Shown here piece after piece: positions 1-12,350 of a DNA stretch of 64,000 bases (its first letter is position 1; every line of letters begins with the position of its first letter). Made by a program: the position numbers and the translations under genes. The stretch is from Mobula hypostoma (Eukaryota): positions 34,350,001 through 34,414,000 of the forward strand of contig NC_086108.1 of assembly GCF_963921235.1 (NCBI RefSeq), given 5' to 3'. The notes under the pieces were generated by a model. It was not told the DNA's origin and made no database searches. It worked only from the letters and a program-made list of their open reading frames with translations.

Positions 1-3000
1 AAAAAAAAGGCCTGCTAGAACCACACTCATGTCAGAAAGTGCAAGAAAGTTTTGCTGGAAAACATTTTCTCACTAGTCAAGGATTTTCTTTAATCTCCAA
101 TGGACCTGGAAATTCCATGGAAGCCTTTTCCCATCTTGCCTCCATCTCACCAATTGCCAGGAATGTAGTCAATCTCATGATCATTTCTGCTGCCCAGCTA
201 TCATACAGTGGGATTCTGGGTAGCTTGAAGACAGTGAGGCCCTGCCGTTTAGATAACCCCTGCCTTTGTTTCCTAGGGCTCTGTTTCAGTAGGTGCTGGT
301 TCACCATCGCTTTCTTAAAAATGATGTCTATATCATTAAACCAAATTATTGCTGAGGATGCCTACTTGAGCAGGTGCAATCAAGGAATGTAGGGATCTCC
401 CAAAGCAATTAGCTGGTACTTTGCATTGACTCAGGCTGTTTCCCAGCTCACTGAAGACAACACTCCCATGAATTGTTTGCCATAGACCAGGGATACCCAA
501 TCGCTTTTTTATGCCATGGGCTAATACCATGAAGCAAGGGCCCCAAACCCCTGATTTAGACAATATTTAGAAAGAAAATCAAAAACTGCTTCTGAAGGCT
601 TTCAGAATCCCAGTAACCAATTACCTAACACAGAAGCAATTTGTAACAGAACAATTCCTTCCTGGTTGTCACTTTGCTAAGAAGCAAAAACTTGGCACAG
701 ATGTTCACTTATGTTAAAAAAAGTTATATTAACTTATGTTAAAAATATTAATGCACAGACTTGACTCAACTTTTCATTTCACTAATGTGTTTTTTTTTAT
801 GAACAAGACATACCACGGGCCCCTGTACACAGAGGGAGGCTGAAGCAGTCAAAAAGCAGAATAAGTGGGCAGAAATTTGGAAGTTCATTATTTCATATAA
901 GGTTCTCCAGAAAATACAGCACTGGAACAGATCATTTTGCCTGTGTAATTCATGCCAGTCCTTCGGATCCAGAATACACTGCTCCTCATATGTTGCTACA
1001 AATTTTAAATGTACAGTTTTCTTTCAATAGCCAGTTCTATGGCCTCATCTCTGTGGTTTTAAAGAAATTTCCTTTCACCTTCCATTTGCACTCTGGTTTT
1101 GTTGTGATGGTAACTTCAAATTCAAGTATCATTAAACCGAATATGATCATAGCCAAATGAAACAGTGTTCCTCCGAGGCCAAGGTGCAAAGCACACTGCA
1201 CATAGCACAAGTGGCACATATGGTTATGATTTCAGAAGAAAATGCAGTCACAAGTGAAAAATAATAGTACAGCCTAAGTCACTGAGTTGTCCTGGTCTAG
1301 CTTGTACTTCCACTGAGTGAACACCAGAGGGCAGCGCTGATAGGGCAGGCACAGTACTAAATCCAGTGGCACACAGTCAGCTCCAGCATCGTCTTTGCCA
1401 GAAACCACAACAGACATCTGTGAGGCATGGGGACCTTTACAGCACAACAACCAAGGCAATGCAGCTGCCCTGCCGCCAGTCTCACCAATGAACCAGTGAA
1501 CTGGACTTGCAGTACTCTATGCTGCATAAGTCCAACAGGATCTTGCAAACACAATCAAAATGTCCGAACAATCACTTGGCAGCTTTTTTTTTTGGACCGG
1601 GCACCAAATCAGCTCAATGGTATGCAATAAGTCCAGCTCCATTGCTACCAAGCTACTCACTAATGGGATAGTCCTGCAGTACTTGATGTATCCAGAGGTG
1701 ACTTGCGATCATAAAAGAGACATACAGGACAAACAAATACACATTTGATTGGACCCGGAATGGCTGCTGCATCTGAGCACACCACCATTTTATTGAAAGC
1801 AGAATTTCTACTTACCCCCACCAGGAGAAACAGTCCCTCTGTTAATAAACCATTGAAACCTTTCCTAATGTAAAAACAAAACCCTGTACAGTCTCTCCTT
1901 GGTCATTCCTAATCATGAGACTGTTTATCCCTTCTGAAGCTCACACTTTAGCAGAATTTTTTAATCTCTTCCTTGCCCTCCTGAGCGTCCCTCCGTTCTT
2001 TTTATCATTAAGAAAACTAGAAGACCAAACTCCCCATCTCCCTTCCTCACAAGTTCATGCTCTTACCAAGACATCTGCTTGTTCTGGAGTGCTGCTTGCT
2101 GAACAAAAACCTCCTTCCGTCTTCCTGACAGGAACCCTGTTGAAAAAGGGAAGTAGAGGAACTAAAATCCCACAGCTTGTGAGCAACCTGGACTTCTGGG
2201 TTACCCATTTGAACTCACCTACCCAATTCCTGCTCAATTCATCAAGACCCTGTGTCTTTTCCTGGAAAATTCAATTGATTTGTAGGGTAAGTAACAGTTG
2301 ATGGATTTTTCACACTGTTCTTGCTACGCTGTTCATACTTCCACAATTTAGGATCTTCATTTTAGTTTATGGTTCCTCTCTAAAGCCCGACCTAACTCAA
2401 TAGTCAGCTATTTCAAAGACCTAGATATCACTGGGAATAGATTAATTACCCTAATTTGCATTAATTAATGCAAATGAAGGTAATTTACAGTGAAATTCCA
2501 CTTCCAGATCAACAGTCCAAGGTCTGTAATAACAACTGCTGCAAACCCTCTGTAATTTTTTTTTAAAGCTGCTATTAGGGAGTGAACTGGAGAGACTTTC
2601 AAATACTTTTCTTGTATCCTAACATTAAATTACACCAGTTTGCTCATTCTTTCTCCTGTCACTCAACATTCATCTTAGATCGAGTGGACAGGATATGTTG
2701 GAAACAATTTGCCGAAGGACCCACAGATCTTCATAATGATTCCAATGCTTTTTAAAGTATGCACTATGAAATCTTCAGACCAAGTACTTCAATTAAACAT
2801 TCCAATGCAAAAGGCAACTCCATCTTCCAGAATACTACTCTGCCAGTAATTAGTCCCAATAAAGGAAAAGAATGAACACAATATTTGAAAGACAAATGAA
2901 GGACATCCAAGGAAATTGGGTGCATGACTTGGGCGTAGCTCATTTGCCCCCCACATTGATGGGAAAACGCAGGAACCAAAGAAGGAAAGGAAATGTGAAG

Positions 3001-5048
3001 AAGCGTCCCACTCCAGGAATTCTAGCACTAAGTTCAGGCTGACACTCCAGTGCTGTGTTGCGGAAGTTACACAGTGTCAGAAGTTCTGTGTTTAAGAGTA
3101 AATAAAACAGTAAACAAAAGACATAATGGTTCAAATTAATGGTTCAATTTAATAATATATACAGTATTCAAACTGAAATTGTTACTCTTTGCAGACATCC
3201 ACAAAACAGAAAAAACCCAAAGAATGAATAACATCAGAACCCCAAAGGTTTTCCTTCTTAAAAAAATCTCAGAGCGGAGTTTTAAATATGCAGTGAGGAG
3301 GGAGGTGATGGCGAGATGTCCAAGTCTAATGATCACAACTCTTACTTCTCATGATCAACAGTCATCCATCAGTATGGACCCCTACCAACTGGGCCATGCC
3401 CTCTTCTCACTGCTGCCTGCATCAGGAGGTACTGTACACAAGCCTAAAGACTCACACCTCAGGAATACCCTACAGTTTCTTCCCTACAAATTGCTCATGG
3501 GGAACATCGTACTAAATATCCAAGGAAAGGGGGGGGGGTAAGATTTTTTTTTAACGACTTGGGATAAAAGAGGCACAACTGCACAGGTGCGTGACCTCAG
3601 AGCGTGGAAGGCTTAAAAAAAACACTGCCATATCCATGCGGGTAGATCGGAGTGGGCAGCGGAGTGAGAGGGCGCAGAGTGATAGGGCTTTGGCTTAACA
3701 GGCTTAGGCGGAAACAGGAAGAGGCTTCCTGCCACCGTTGAGTCTCATAGTAAAGGGGTAAGTTACAGGTTTATTTATTTAGTAATAACAATAGCATTAG
3801 AGATATGCATCTAGGATTAGTGTTGTGCTTGGAGTGCCAGATGTGGGGACCCTGGGAGACTCCCAGCCTCCCCAAGGATTACATCTGCACCAGATGCTTT
3901 GAGATGAGACTCTTTAAGGACCATGTTAGGGATCTGGAGCTGCAACTTGATGACCTTCAGCTAATTAGGGAAAGTGAGGAGGTGATTGATAATACCTATA
4001 GAGAGATAGTGGACAGCACCTCTGTGACAGTCCTCCTCAGAAATCAATATGTCGTTTTAGATACTGTTGGAGAAGTTGACCTGACAGAGGAAGACCACTG
4101 CGAACGGGACTCTGCCCAGTGCTGCAATCAAGAGAGCAAGGAGAAATGCAGTAGATATAGGGGATTCCATAGTGAGGGGAATAGGCAAGAGATTCTGTGA
4201 GCCGGACAAGGATACCCAGATGGTGTGTTGCCTCTCTGGTGCCAGGGTATGGGATGTCTCAGATCGGGTCCAGAGTATTCTGAGGAGAGAGGGTGAGCAG
4301 CCAGAAGTCTTGGTACATGTTGGTACTAATGACATAGACAGGAAAAAGACAGGAGGTCCTGAAGGAAGATTACTGGGAGCTAGGAAGAAAATTGAAAAGC
4401 TGGACCTCCAGAGTAATAATCTCAGGATTACTGCTTGAGCCACGCACTAATGAAGGTAAGAATAGCAGAATTAAGCAGATGTATGTGTGGCTAAGTAACT
4501 GGTGCAAGGGGCAGGGCTTCAAATTCTTGGATCATTGGGATCTATTTTGGGGGATAAACAATGGGTTACACCTGAACTCAAAGGGTATTAATATCCTGGC
4601 GGGATTGTTTAATATAGCTGTTAGGGAGGGTTAAAACTAGGTTGGCAGGGGGAAGGAAACCAGGGTGTTAGGGTTGAGGAAGAGGAAAATAGAAATAAGT
4701 CAAAGATACTGTGCAGCAAAGATGGCAAGAAGGACAGGCAGGTGAATAAACAGGATAATTTGCTGTGTGATAGAAATATAGCAAAATCGCTAACAGATAC
4801 TGATCTAAATGTACTGTACTTAAATGCACGCAGCGTTAGAAATAAAGTGGATGACCTTGTTGTACAGCTACAGGTTAAAAGATATGACATTGTGGCCATC
4901 ACTGAGTCATGGTTAAATGATAGATGTGATTGGGAGCTGATTGTCCAAGGATACACAGTGCATAGGAAAGGTAGGAAGGTAGGTAAAGGAGGTGGCTAGA
5001 TGGAGGGACGGTGAGCAGAATTGGATGAAATTCCTACAAGAAATAAGG

Positions 5049-7534
5049 TTGTGATTGTGGGAGATTTTAATTTTCCACACATAGACTGGGAAGCCCATAC
5101 TGTAAAAGGGCTGGATGGTTTGGAGTTTGTCAAATGTGTGCAAGATAGTTTTTTTGCAGCAATACATAGAGGTACCAACTAGAGAAGGGGCAGTGTTGGA
5201 TCTCCTGTTAGGGGATGAGATAGGGCAGGTGATGGAGGTTTGTGTTGGGGAGCACTTCGGGTCCAGTGATCACAATACCATTAGTTTCAATATAATTATG
5301 GAGAAGGATAGGACTGGACCCAGGATTGAGATTTTTGATTGGAGAAGGGCTAACTTTGAGGAGATGTGAAAGGATTTAGAAGGAGTGGATTGGGACAATT
5401 TGTTTTATGGGAAGGATGTAATAGAGAAATGGAAGTCATTTAAAGGTGAAATTTTGAGGGTACAGGATCTTTATGTTCCTGTTAGGTTGAAAGGAAAGGT
5501 TAAAAGTTTGAGAAAGCCATGGTTTTCAAGGGTTATAGGAAACTTGGTTTGGAAAAAGAGAGGGATTTATAATAAATATAGGCAGCTTGGAGTTAATGAG
5601 GTGCTCGAGGAATATAAAGAATGTAAAAGAATCTTAAGAAAGAAATTAGAAAAGCTAAAAGAAGATACGAGGCAGCTTTAGCAAGTAAGGTGAAAATAAA
5701 TCCAAAGGGTTTCTACAATTATATAAATAGCAAAAGGATAGTGAGGGATAAAACTGGTTCCTTAGAGAATCAAAGTGGACGGCTATGTGCGGAGCCAAAA
5801 GAGATGGGGGAGATTTTGAACAATTTCTTTGCTTCTGTATTCACTAAGGAGAAGGATATTGAATTGTGTAAGGTAAGGGAAAAAAGATGGGTAGTTATGG
5901 AAAGTATGACAATTAAAGAAGAGGAAGTACTGGCGCTTTTAAGGAATATAAAATGGATAAGTCTGCGGGTCCAGACAAGATATTCCCTAGGACCTTGAGG
6001 GAGGTTAGTGTGGAAATAGCAGGGGCTCTGACAGAAATATTTCAAATGTCATTAGAAACGGGGATGGTGCCGGAGGATTGGCGTATTGCTCATGTGGTTC
6101 CGTTGTTTAAAAAGTGATCTAAGAGTAAACCTAGCAATTATCGGCCTGTGAGTTTGACATCAGTGGTGGGTAAATTGATGGAAAGTATTCTTAGAGATGG
6201 TATATATAATTATCTGGATAGACAGAGCCTGATTAGGAACAGTCAACATGGATTTGTGCGTGGAAGGTCATGTTTGACAAATCTTATTGAATTTTTTGAT
6301 GAGGTTACTAGGAAAGTTGACAAGGGTAAAGCGGTGGATGTTGTCTATATGGACTTCAGTAAGGCCTTCGACAAGGTTCCACACGGAAGGTTAGTTAGGA
6401 AAGTTCAATCATTAGGTATTAATATTGAAGTAGTAAAGTGGATTCAGCAGTGACTGGATGGGAGACGCCAGAGAGTAGTGGTGGATAACTGTGTGCCAGA
6501 TTGGAGGACGGTGTGTAGCGGTGTGCCTCAGGGATCTGTACTGGGTCCAATGGTGTTTGTCATATATATTAATGATCTGGATGATGGGGTGGTAAATTGG
6601 ATTAGTAAGTATGCAGATGATACTAAGATAGGTGGCATTGTTGATAATGAAGTAGGTTTTCAAAGATTGCGGAGAGATTTAGGCCAGTTAGAAGAGTGAG
6701 CTGAAAGATGGCAGATGGAGTTTAATGCTGAAAAATGTGAGGTGCTACATTTTGGTAGGACTAATCAAAATAGGACATACATGGTAAACGGTAGGGCATT
6801 GAAGAATGCTGTAGGACAGAGGGATCTAGGAATATTGGTGCATAGTTCCCTGAAGGTGGAATCTCATGTGGATAGGATGGTGAAGAAAGCTTTTGGTATG
6901 CTGGCCTTTATTAATCAGAGCATTGAGTATAGGAGTTAGGATGTAATATTGAAATTGTATCAGGCATTGATAAGGCCGAATTTGGAGTATTGTGTACAGT
7001 TCTGGTCACCGAATTATAGGAAAGATGTCAATAAAATTGAGAGATTACAGAGGAGGTTTACTAAAATGTTGCCTGGGTTTCATCTCCTAAGTTACAGAGA
7101 AAGGTTGAACAAGTTAGGTCTTTATTCTTTGGGGCGTAGAAGGTTGAGAGGGGACTTGATAGAGATGTTTAAAATTATGAGGGGGATTGACAGAGTTGAC
7201 GTGGATAGGCTTTTTCCTTTGAGAGTGGGGAAGACTCAAACAAGAGGACATGAGTTGAGAGTTAAAGGGCAAAAGTTTAGGGGTAACATGAGGGGGAACT
7301 TCTTTACTCAGAGAGTGGTGGCTGTGTGGAAAGAGCTTCCAGAAGAAGTGGTTGAAGCAGGTTCGATGTTGTTGTTTAAAGTTAAATTGGATAGATATAT
7401 GGACAGGAAGGGAATCAGGGTTATGGACCGAGTGCAGGTCAGTGGGACGAGGTGAGAGTAGGAGTTCGGCACAGACTAGAAGGGCCGTACAGGCCTGTTT
7501 CCATGCTGTAATTGATATATGGTTATATGGTTAT
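5049..7534 (+). mobile_element. 5'-truncated CR1 LINE (element B) nested in element A
   Basis: APE C-terminus (GDFN, LDLLL, SDH) and RT (KYADD) with stops. (TATATGGT)n tail. 11-bp TSD aagaaataagg at 5038-5048 and 7535-7545. Confidence 0.92.
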
Positions 7535-9052
7535 AAGAAATAAGGAAAGTACAGGAAAGATATATTCCAAGAAAAAAGAAAATCATGAATGGAAAAATGA
7601 CACAAGCGTGGCTAACGAGAGAGGTTAAGACTAAAACAAAAGCAAAAGAGACGGCGTACAAGGAAGCAAAAATTAGTGGGAAAACTGAGGACTGGACGAC
7701 TTTTAAAAACTTACAGAAGGAAACTAAGAAAGTCATTAGGAAAGAAAAGATGAATTATGAAAGGAAGTTGTCAATTAACATAAAAAAGGATACTAAGAAT
7801 TCTTTTAAATATATGAAGAGTAAAAGAGTGACATAGGTAGATATAGGACCAATTGAAAATTATGTTGGAGAAATTTTAACAGGTAACAAAGAGATGGCAG
7901 AGGAACTAAATGAGTATTTTGCATCAGTCTTCACAGTGGAAGACATTAGCAACATACATGATAGCCAGAGGTCTCAGGGAATAGAATTAGGTACAGTCAA
8001 GATTACTGGAGAGAAAGTGCATGGGAAGCTAAATGGACTAATAATAGATAAGTCTCCCGGACCAGATGAGGTGCACACACAGGTTCTGAAAGAGGTGGTT
8101 TTGGAGATTGTCGAGGCATTGGAAATGATCTTCCAGGAATCAATAGACTCTGGCATGGTTCCGGAGGACTGGAAGGTTGCAAATGTAGTTCCGCAGTTTA
8201 AAAAAGGAGGGAGGCAGCAAAAAGAAAATTACAGACCTATTAGTCTGACATCAGTAGTTGGAAAGTTATTGGAGTCGATCCTCAAGGACGAGGTTATGAA
8301 ATACCTCGAGGTGCATGACAAGATAGGCCCAAGCCAACATGGTTTCACGAAGGGAAGACCCTGCCTCACCAACCTATTGGAATTTTTTTAGGTAATCTCA
8401 AATAATATTGACAAGGGAGAGGCTGTGGAGGATGTGTATTTGGATTTTCAAAAGGCCTTCGATAAGGTGCCGCATATGAGGCTGCTTAATGAGATGAGAG
8501 CCCATGGAAATACAGGAAAGATATTGGAATAGGTGGAGCATTGGCTGATAGGCAGAAAGCAAAGGGTGGGAATAAAGGGATCCTATTCTGATTGGTTGCT
8601 GGTTACTAGTGGTGTTCCGCAGGGGTCGGTGTTGGGGCCGCTTCTTTTTGCAATGTATATCGATGATTTGGATTATGGATTAAATGGTTTTGTGGCTAAG
8701 TTTGCGGATGACACCAAGATAGGTGGAGGAGCGGGAAGTGTTGAAGAAACGGAAAGGTTGCAGAGAGACTTGGTCAGTTTAGGAGAGTGGGCAAAGAAAT
8801 GGCAGATGAGATACAATGTTAAGAAATGTACGGTTGTACATTTTGGAAGAAAAAATAACCGGGCAGATTATTATTTAGATGAGGAGAAAATTCAAAAATC
8901 GGAAGTGCAAAGGGACTTGGGGGTCCTCATGCAGGATACCCTAAAGGTTAACCACCAGGCTGGATCGGCAATAAGGAAAGCGAATGCTTTGTTGGCATTC
9001 ATTTCAAGAGGAATAGTGTATAAGAGTAAAGAGGTGTTGATGAGGTGCTATG

Positions 9053-9911
9053 TGTCATGGTCCGGTCTGTGAAGTCTGCATTCCGGTTCACGGTCCGGTC
9101 CATCAATCCGTATTCTAGGTTTTCCTGTTATCCCTGTTTCTGTTGGGTGCTCTAATTGAGGCACATGATTCTTGTTTGGGCAGACACATAAATATCTCTG
9201 GAGACCAGGGCTTGGCTGCTGGATTGTTCCTGTCCAAACCCCCATCTGAATCCAGTCCAGTCCAGTCCAATCCAATCCAAAGCCCTGGCCCCAAGTCCTG
9301 TTCCCAAGGAGGGGTCCTGGCTCTGTGTTCCATGTCTCTGTGTATCTGTCCTCTCAAGACCAAGGCTTGGTGTTCCTGTCCTCCCTCAACCTAGTCAAGG
9401 CTTTGTGTTCTTGTCCTGTCCATGTGCCTTGCCCAGCCCAGGAGTACCATGCCCAGCCTGGTGCCGGGGTTCCCTCATCCTGTCCAAGCCATGTCTGAGA
9501 ACCTTATCCTGTCCAAGCCACGTCCGAGAACCTCATCCTGTCCAAGCGCCTCGTCCTGTGCAGGAGTTCCACATCCAGTCCTGTAGCCATGTCATATCTT
9601 TGTCTAGTTCTGGAGTCCGAGCCTGTCAAGACCCAGGTTCTGGGTCCTTGCCCAGTCTCTGGCTCGGAGTCGGAACCCAGGCCTCGCCATGTCCTCACCT
9701 CAAGGAACCCAAGCCCAGGCTCTCAGTTCCCAGTTCCTTGTCCTGGTCCTGCTTGCCTAGCCAATGTCCTAGCCCAAGTCTGTGTTCTTGTCCCAGCTCC
9801 TAGTCTGCATCCAGTCACGTTCCTAACCCAGCTCTCTCGTCGAGTCCTGCTCCTAGTACTCAGTGTCTGTGTCTTGCATTTGGGTCCACCACCAATGCCC
9901 CCCTTATGACA
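9053..9911. mobile_element. Solo LTR (859 bp) inserted in CR1 element A
   Basis: TGTCAT...ATGACA inverted termini. 5-bp TSD ctatg at 9048-9052 and 9912-9916. The CR1 reading continues across the insertion. Confidence 0.85.
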
Positions 9912-11418
9912 CTATGAGGCACTGGTGAGACCTCATTTGGAATACTGTGTGCAGTTTTGGGCCCCCTATCTTAGAAAGGATGTACTGATGTTGGAGAGTT
10001 CAGAGAAGATTTACGAGGATGATTCCTGGAATGCAAGGGCTAATATATGAGGAGTGTTTGTCGTCTCTTGGACTGTATTCATTAGAGTATAGAAGAATGA
10101 GGGGGGATCTCATAAATACATTTCGAATGTTGAAAGGGTTGGACAGAGTAGATGTGGAAAGGCTGTTTCACTTGGTGGGTGAGTCCAGGACAAGAGGCCA
10201 GTGTTAGAATTAGAGGGTACTCATTTAAAACAGATAAGGAGAATTTTTTTTGCCAGAGGGTCGTGGATTTGTGGAATTCGTTGCCACATACAGCTGCGGA
10301 GGCCTGATCATTGAGAGTGTTTAAGGAGGAGATTGATAGGTATCTAATTAGTCGAGGTATCAAGGGATATGGGGAAAAAGCCGGAAATTGGAACTAGATG
10401 GGAGAATAGTTTAGCTCATGGAGAAGTGGCGGAGCAGACTCGATGGGCTGAATGGCCTACTTCTGCTCCTTTGTCTTGTGATCTTCTCTTGTGACTTAGA
10501 AACAGCTCATTTGCCCACCCACAATATCAGGGGACAAAGAGGGAAACAAAGAAGGAAAGTTCCACTCCAAGAATTTGAGCAGCAAGTTCTTCTCACCTTC
10601 CATACTATCAATCAGTTTCTTGAACTAACTTGGAAAACCCTAATTCTACCTCAGGCTGTATTTCCCTCAACCTGCATTAATATCATTATGTTATTTTTGT
10701 TTTGTATGTTTTGTAAATTATGTATAATTTATGCTAATTTAAGTTTATGTAATTATATTTGTCATGTTAGCAATGTACTGTACTGCTACTACATGAAGAT
10801 CACCTTCATGGTCATTATACCCTGGATATGTATGCTTATGATAATAAACTTGAACTTCTGATCCTCCTGTTATCAAATTACAAGGGGCAGCTTGCTGAGC
10901 GCAGATTTTCGATATTCCAACAATATTACACTTTGAAGTACTTCACTGTTTGTAGTATATGGCCGTTTGAGGACCTGAGAGAGACTTCTGATGTGTTAAT
11001 TTTTCAATCTAACATATTATAATACTGTATATTACTGGAAGAGTGCTGTATTACACAAATGTACCTTGTGATCAGGATTAATTTCCATATAACCATATAA
11101 CAATCACAGCACGGAAACAGGCCATCTCTGCCCTTCTAATCCATGCCGAACTCTTACTCTCACATAGTCCCACCGACCTGCACTCAGCCCATAACCCTCC
11201 ATTCCTTTCCTGTCCATATATCTATCCAATTTAACTTCAAACGACAACATCGAACCTGCCTCAACCACTTCTGCTGGAAGCTCGTTCCACACAGCTACCA
11301 CTCTCTGAGTAAAGAAGTTCCCCCTCATGTTACCCCTAAACTTTTGCCCTTTAACTCTCAACTCATGTCCTCGTGTTTGAATCTCCCCCCACTCTCAGTG
11401 GAAAAAGCCTATCCACGT

Positions 11419-12251
11419 TGTGACGAATACACATAGATAAGATGTTAGCTGTCCTGTGTGATCAGCAGTTGGTCTGCCACCTGGCTTCAAGAGAGAGATA
11501 AGGGACACAATGAAACAGCACCTGGAGATGTGTAGAGAGCTGTCTGGAGCGGCTCCCCCTTTGAACCCTGAACTGTTTGAAGTGATGGACAGGCGATACC
11601 CCAGCAGGGGGATAAAAAGGGACAGGTTCGCTAAGGCAGGACATACACGACACCCGTGGTAACGAGACCCTGGAAGCGGTGCGCCTCTCACGAGTGGGTG
11701 AGAAGTACCAGACAACGACCAGGGTGGAAAGGTACGATCAGCAGGAACCTGGTGTGTGTCTGCCCTTGCTTGGGTGCCGGGTTCACTGCAGAGGATCGAC
11801 CGCATCTGGAGGAGGGGTCACAGTCGGTGACCTCAGGTGACATCACCAAGGACCGGCCCGAAAGCTGCTTGTGAGCCATATCGCCGGTCTGTGAGTGGAA
11901 GCCGTGTCTGAATGATCAGTCGTTCCCGTTCTCTCTCTCTCTCTCTCTCTCCCCCCACGTTGTCCATCGCCATGGCAACGATTACTGCGAACTGAACTAA
12001 ATTGGACTGAACTTTTGTGTCACTTTGAAATTTGGTCATTTACCCCTAGACAACGATAGAGCCTGATTGATGCTGTTATCTTAATTCTGTGCACATGTGT
12101 GTTTATCATTGCTGAACTGTTGCATTTATTATCCTTTCGATTCCTGTGTTGCTTGTTTCTTTAATAAAACTTTCTTAGTTCTAGTAATCCAGACTCCAAC
12201 TGAGTGATCCATTTCTGCTGGTTTGGCAACCCAGTTACAGGGTACGTAACA
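11419..12251 (+). repeat. 5' LTR (833 bp)
   Basis: Direct repeat of 15444-16272. TATA-like gataaaaa near 11612; AATAAA at 12163-12168. Confidence 0.95.
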
Positions 12252-12255
12252 TAAG

Positions 12256-12274
12256 TGGGGTTCTCGTCCGCGAT
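12256..12274 (+). promoter_or_regulatory. Primer-binding site, tRNA-Pro-like
   Basis: tggggttctcgtccgcgat lies 4 nt after the 5' LTR and resembles the tRNA-Pro PBS TGGGGGCTCGTCCGGGAT. Confidence 0.75.
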
Positions 12275-12350
12275 TTTGAACGCTAAATTTGGGACGGAGT
12301 AAATTGATTGGGTTAAAATTCCCGAAAGAAAGAAAAGACAAACAGCAGAA

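Larger units (their letters stand above)
3560..10495 (+). mobile_element. Near full-length decayed CR1 LINE (host element A) with an internal deletion and two nested insertions
   Basis: ORF1 has a zinc finger/leucine zipper (CLECQMW..YICTRC) and an SGNH esterase (GDS, CLSGARV, VHVGTNDI) at 3805-4634. ORF2 starts with APE motifs (LYLNARS, DIVAITESW). RT resumes at 7546 (PISLTS, GVPQGSVLGP, KFADD). CR1-type 3' end near 10490. The 5' boundary is approximate. Confidence 0.9.

Noticed and set aside
2935..3030. Similarity to 10505-10590, suggesting a duplication flanking CR1 A
   Set aside because: Gapped and diverged, not adjacent to the CR1 5' end, and overlapping old SINE-like sequence.
9405..9909. 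Pro/Cys/Ser-rich ORFs
   Set aside because: Low-complexity LTR interior with no domain motifs.
10850..10985. Possible GCN2 exon on minus (VL..YYK..QAAPCNLITGG, cf. RAVPEILAAGG)
   Set aside because: The plus strand (tacactttgaagtacttca..tgagg) matches what I recall as a common shark SINE tail, so the peptide match is probably chance.
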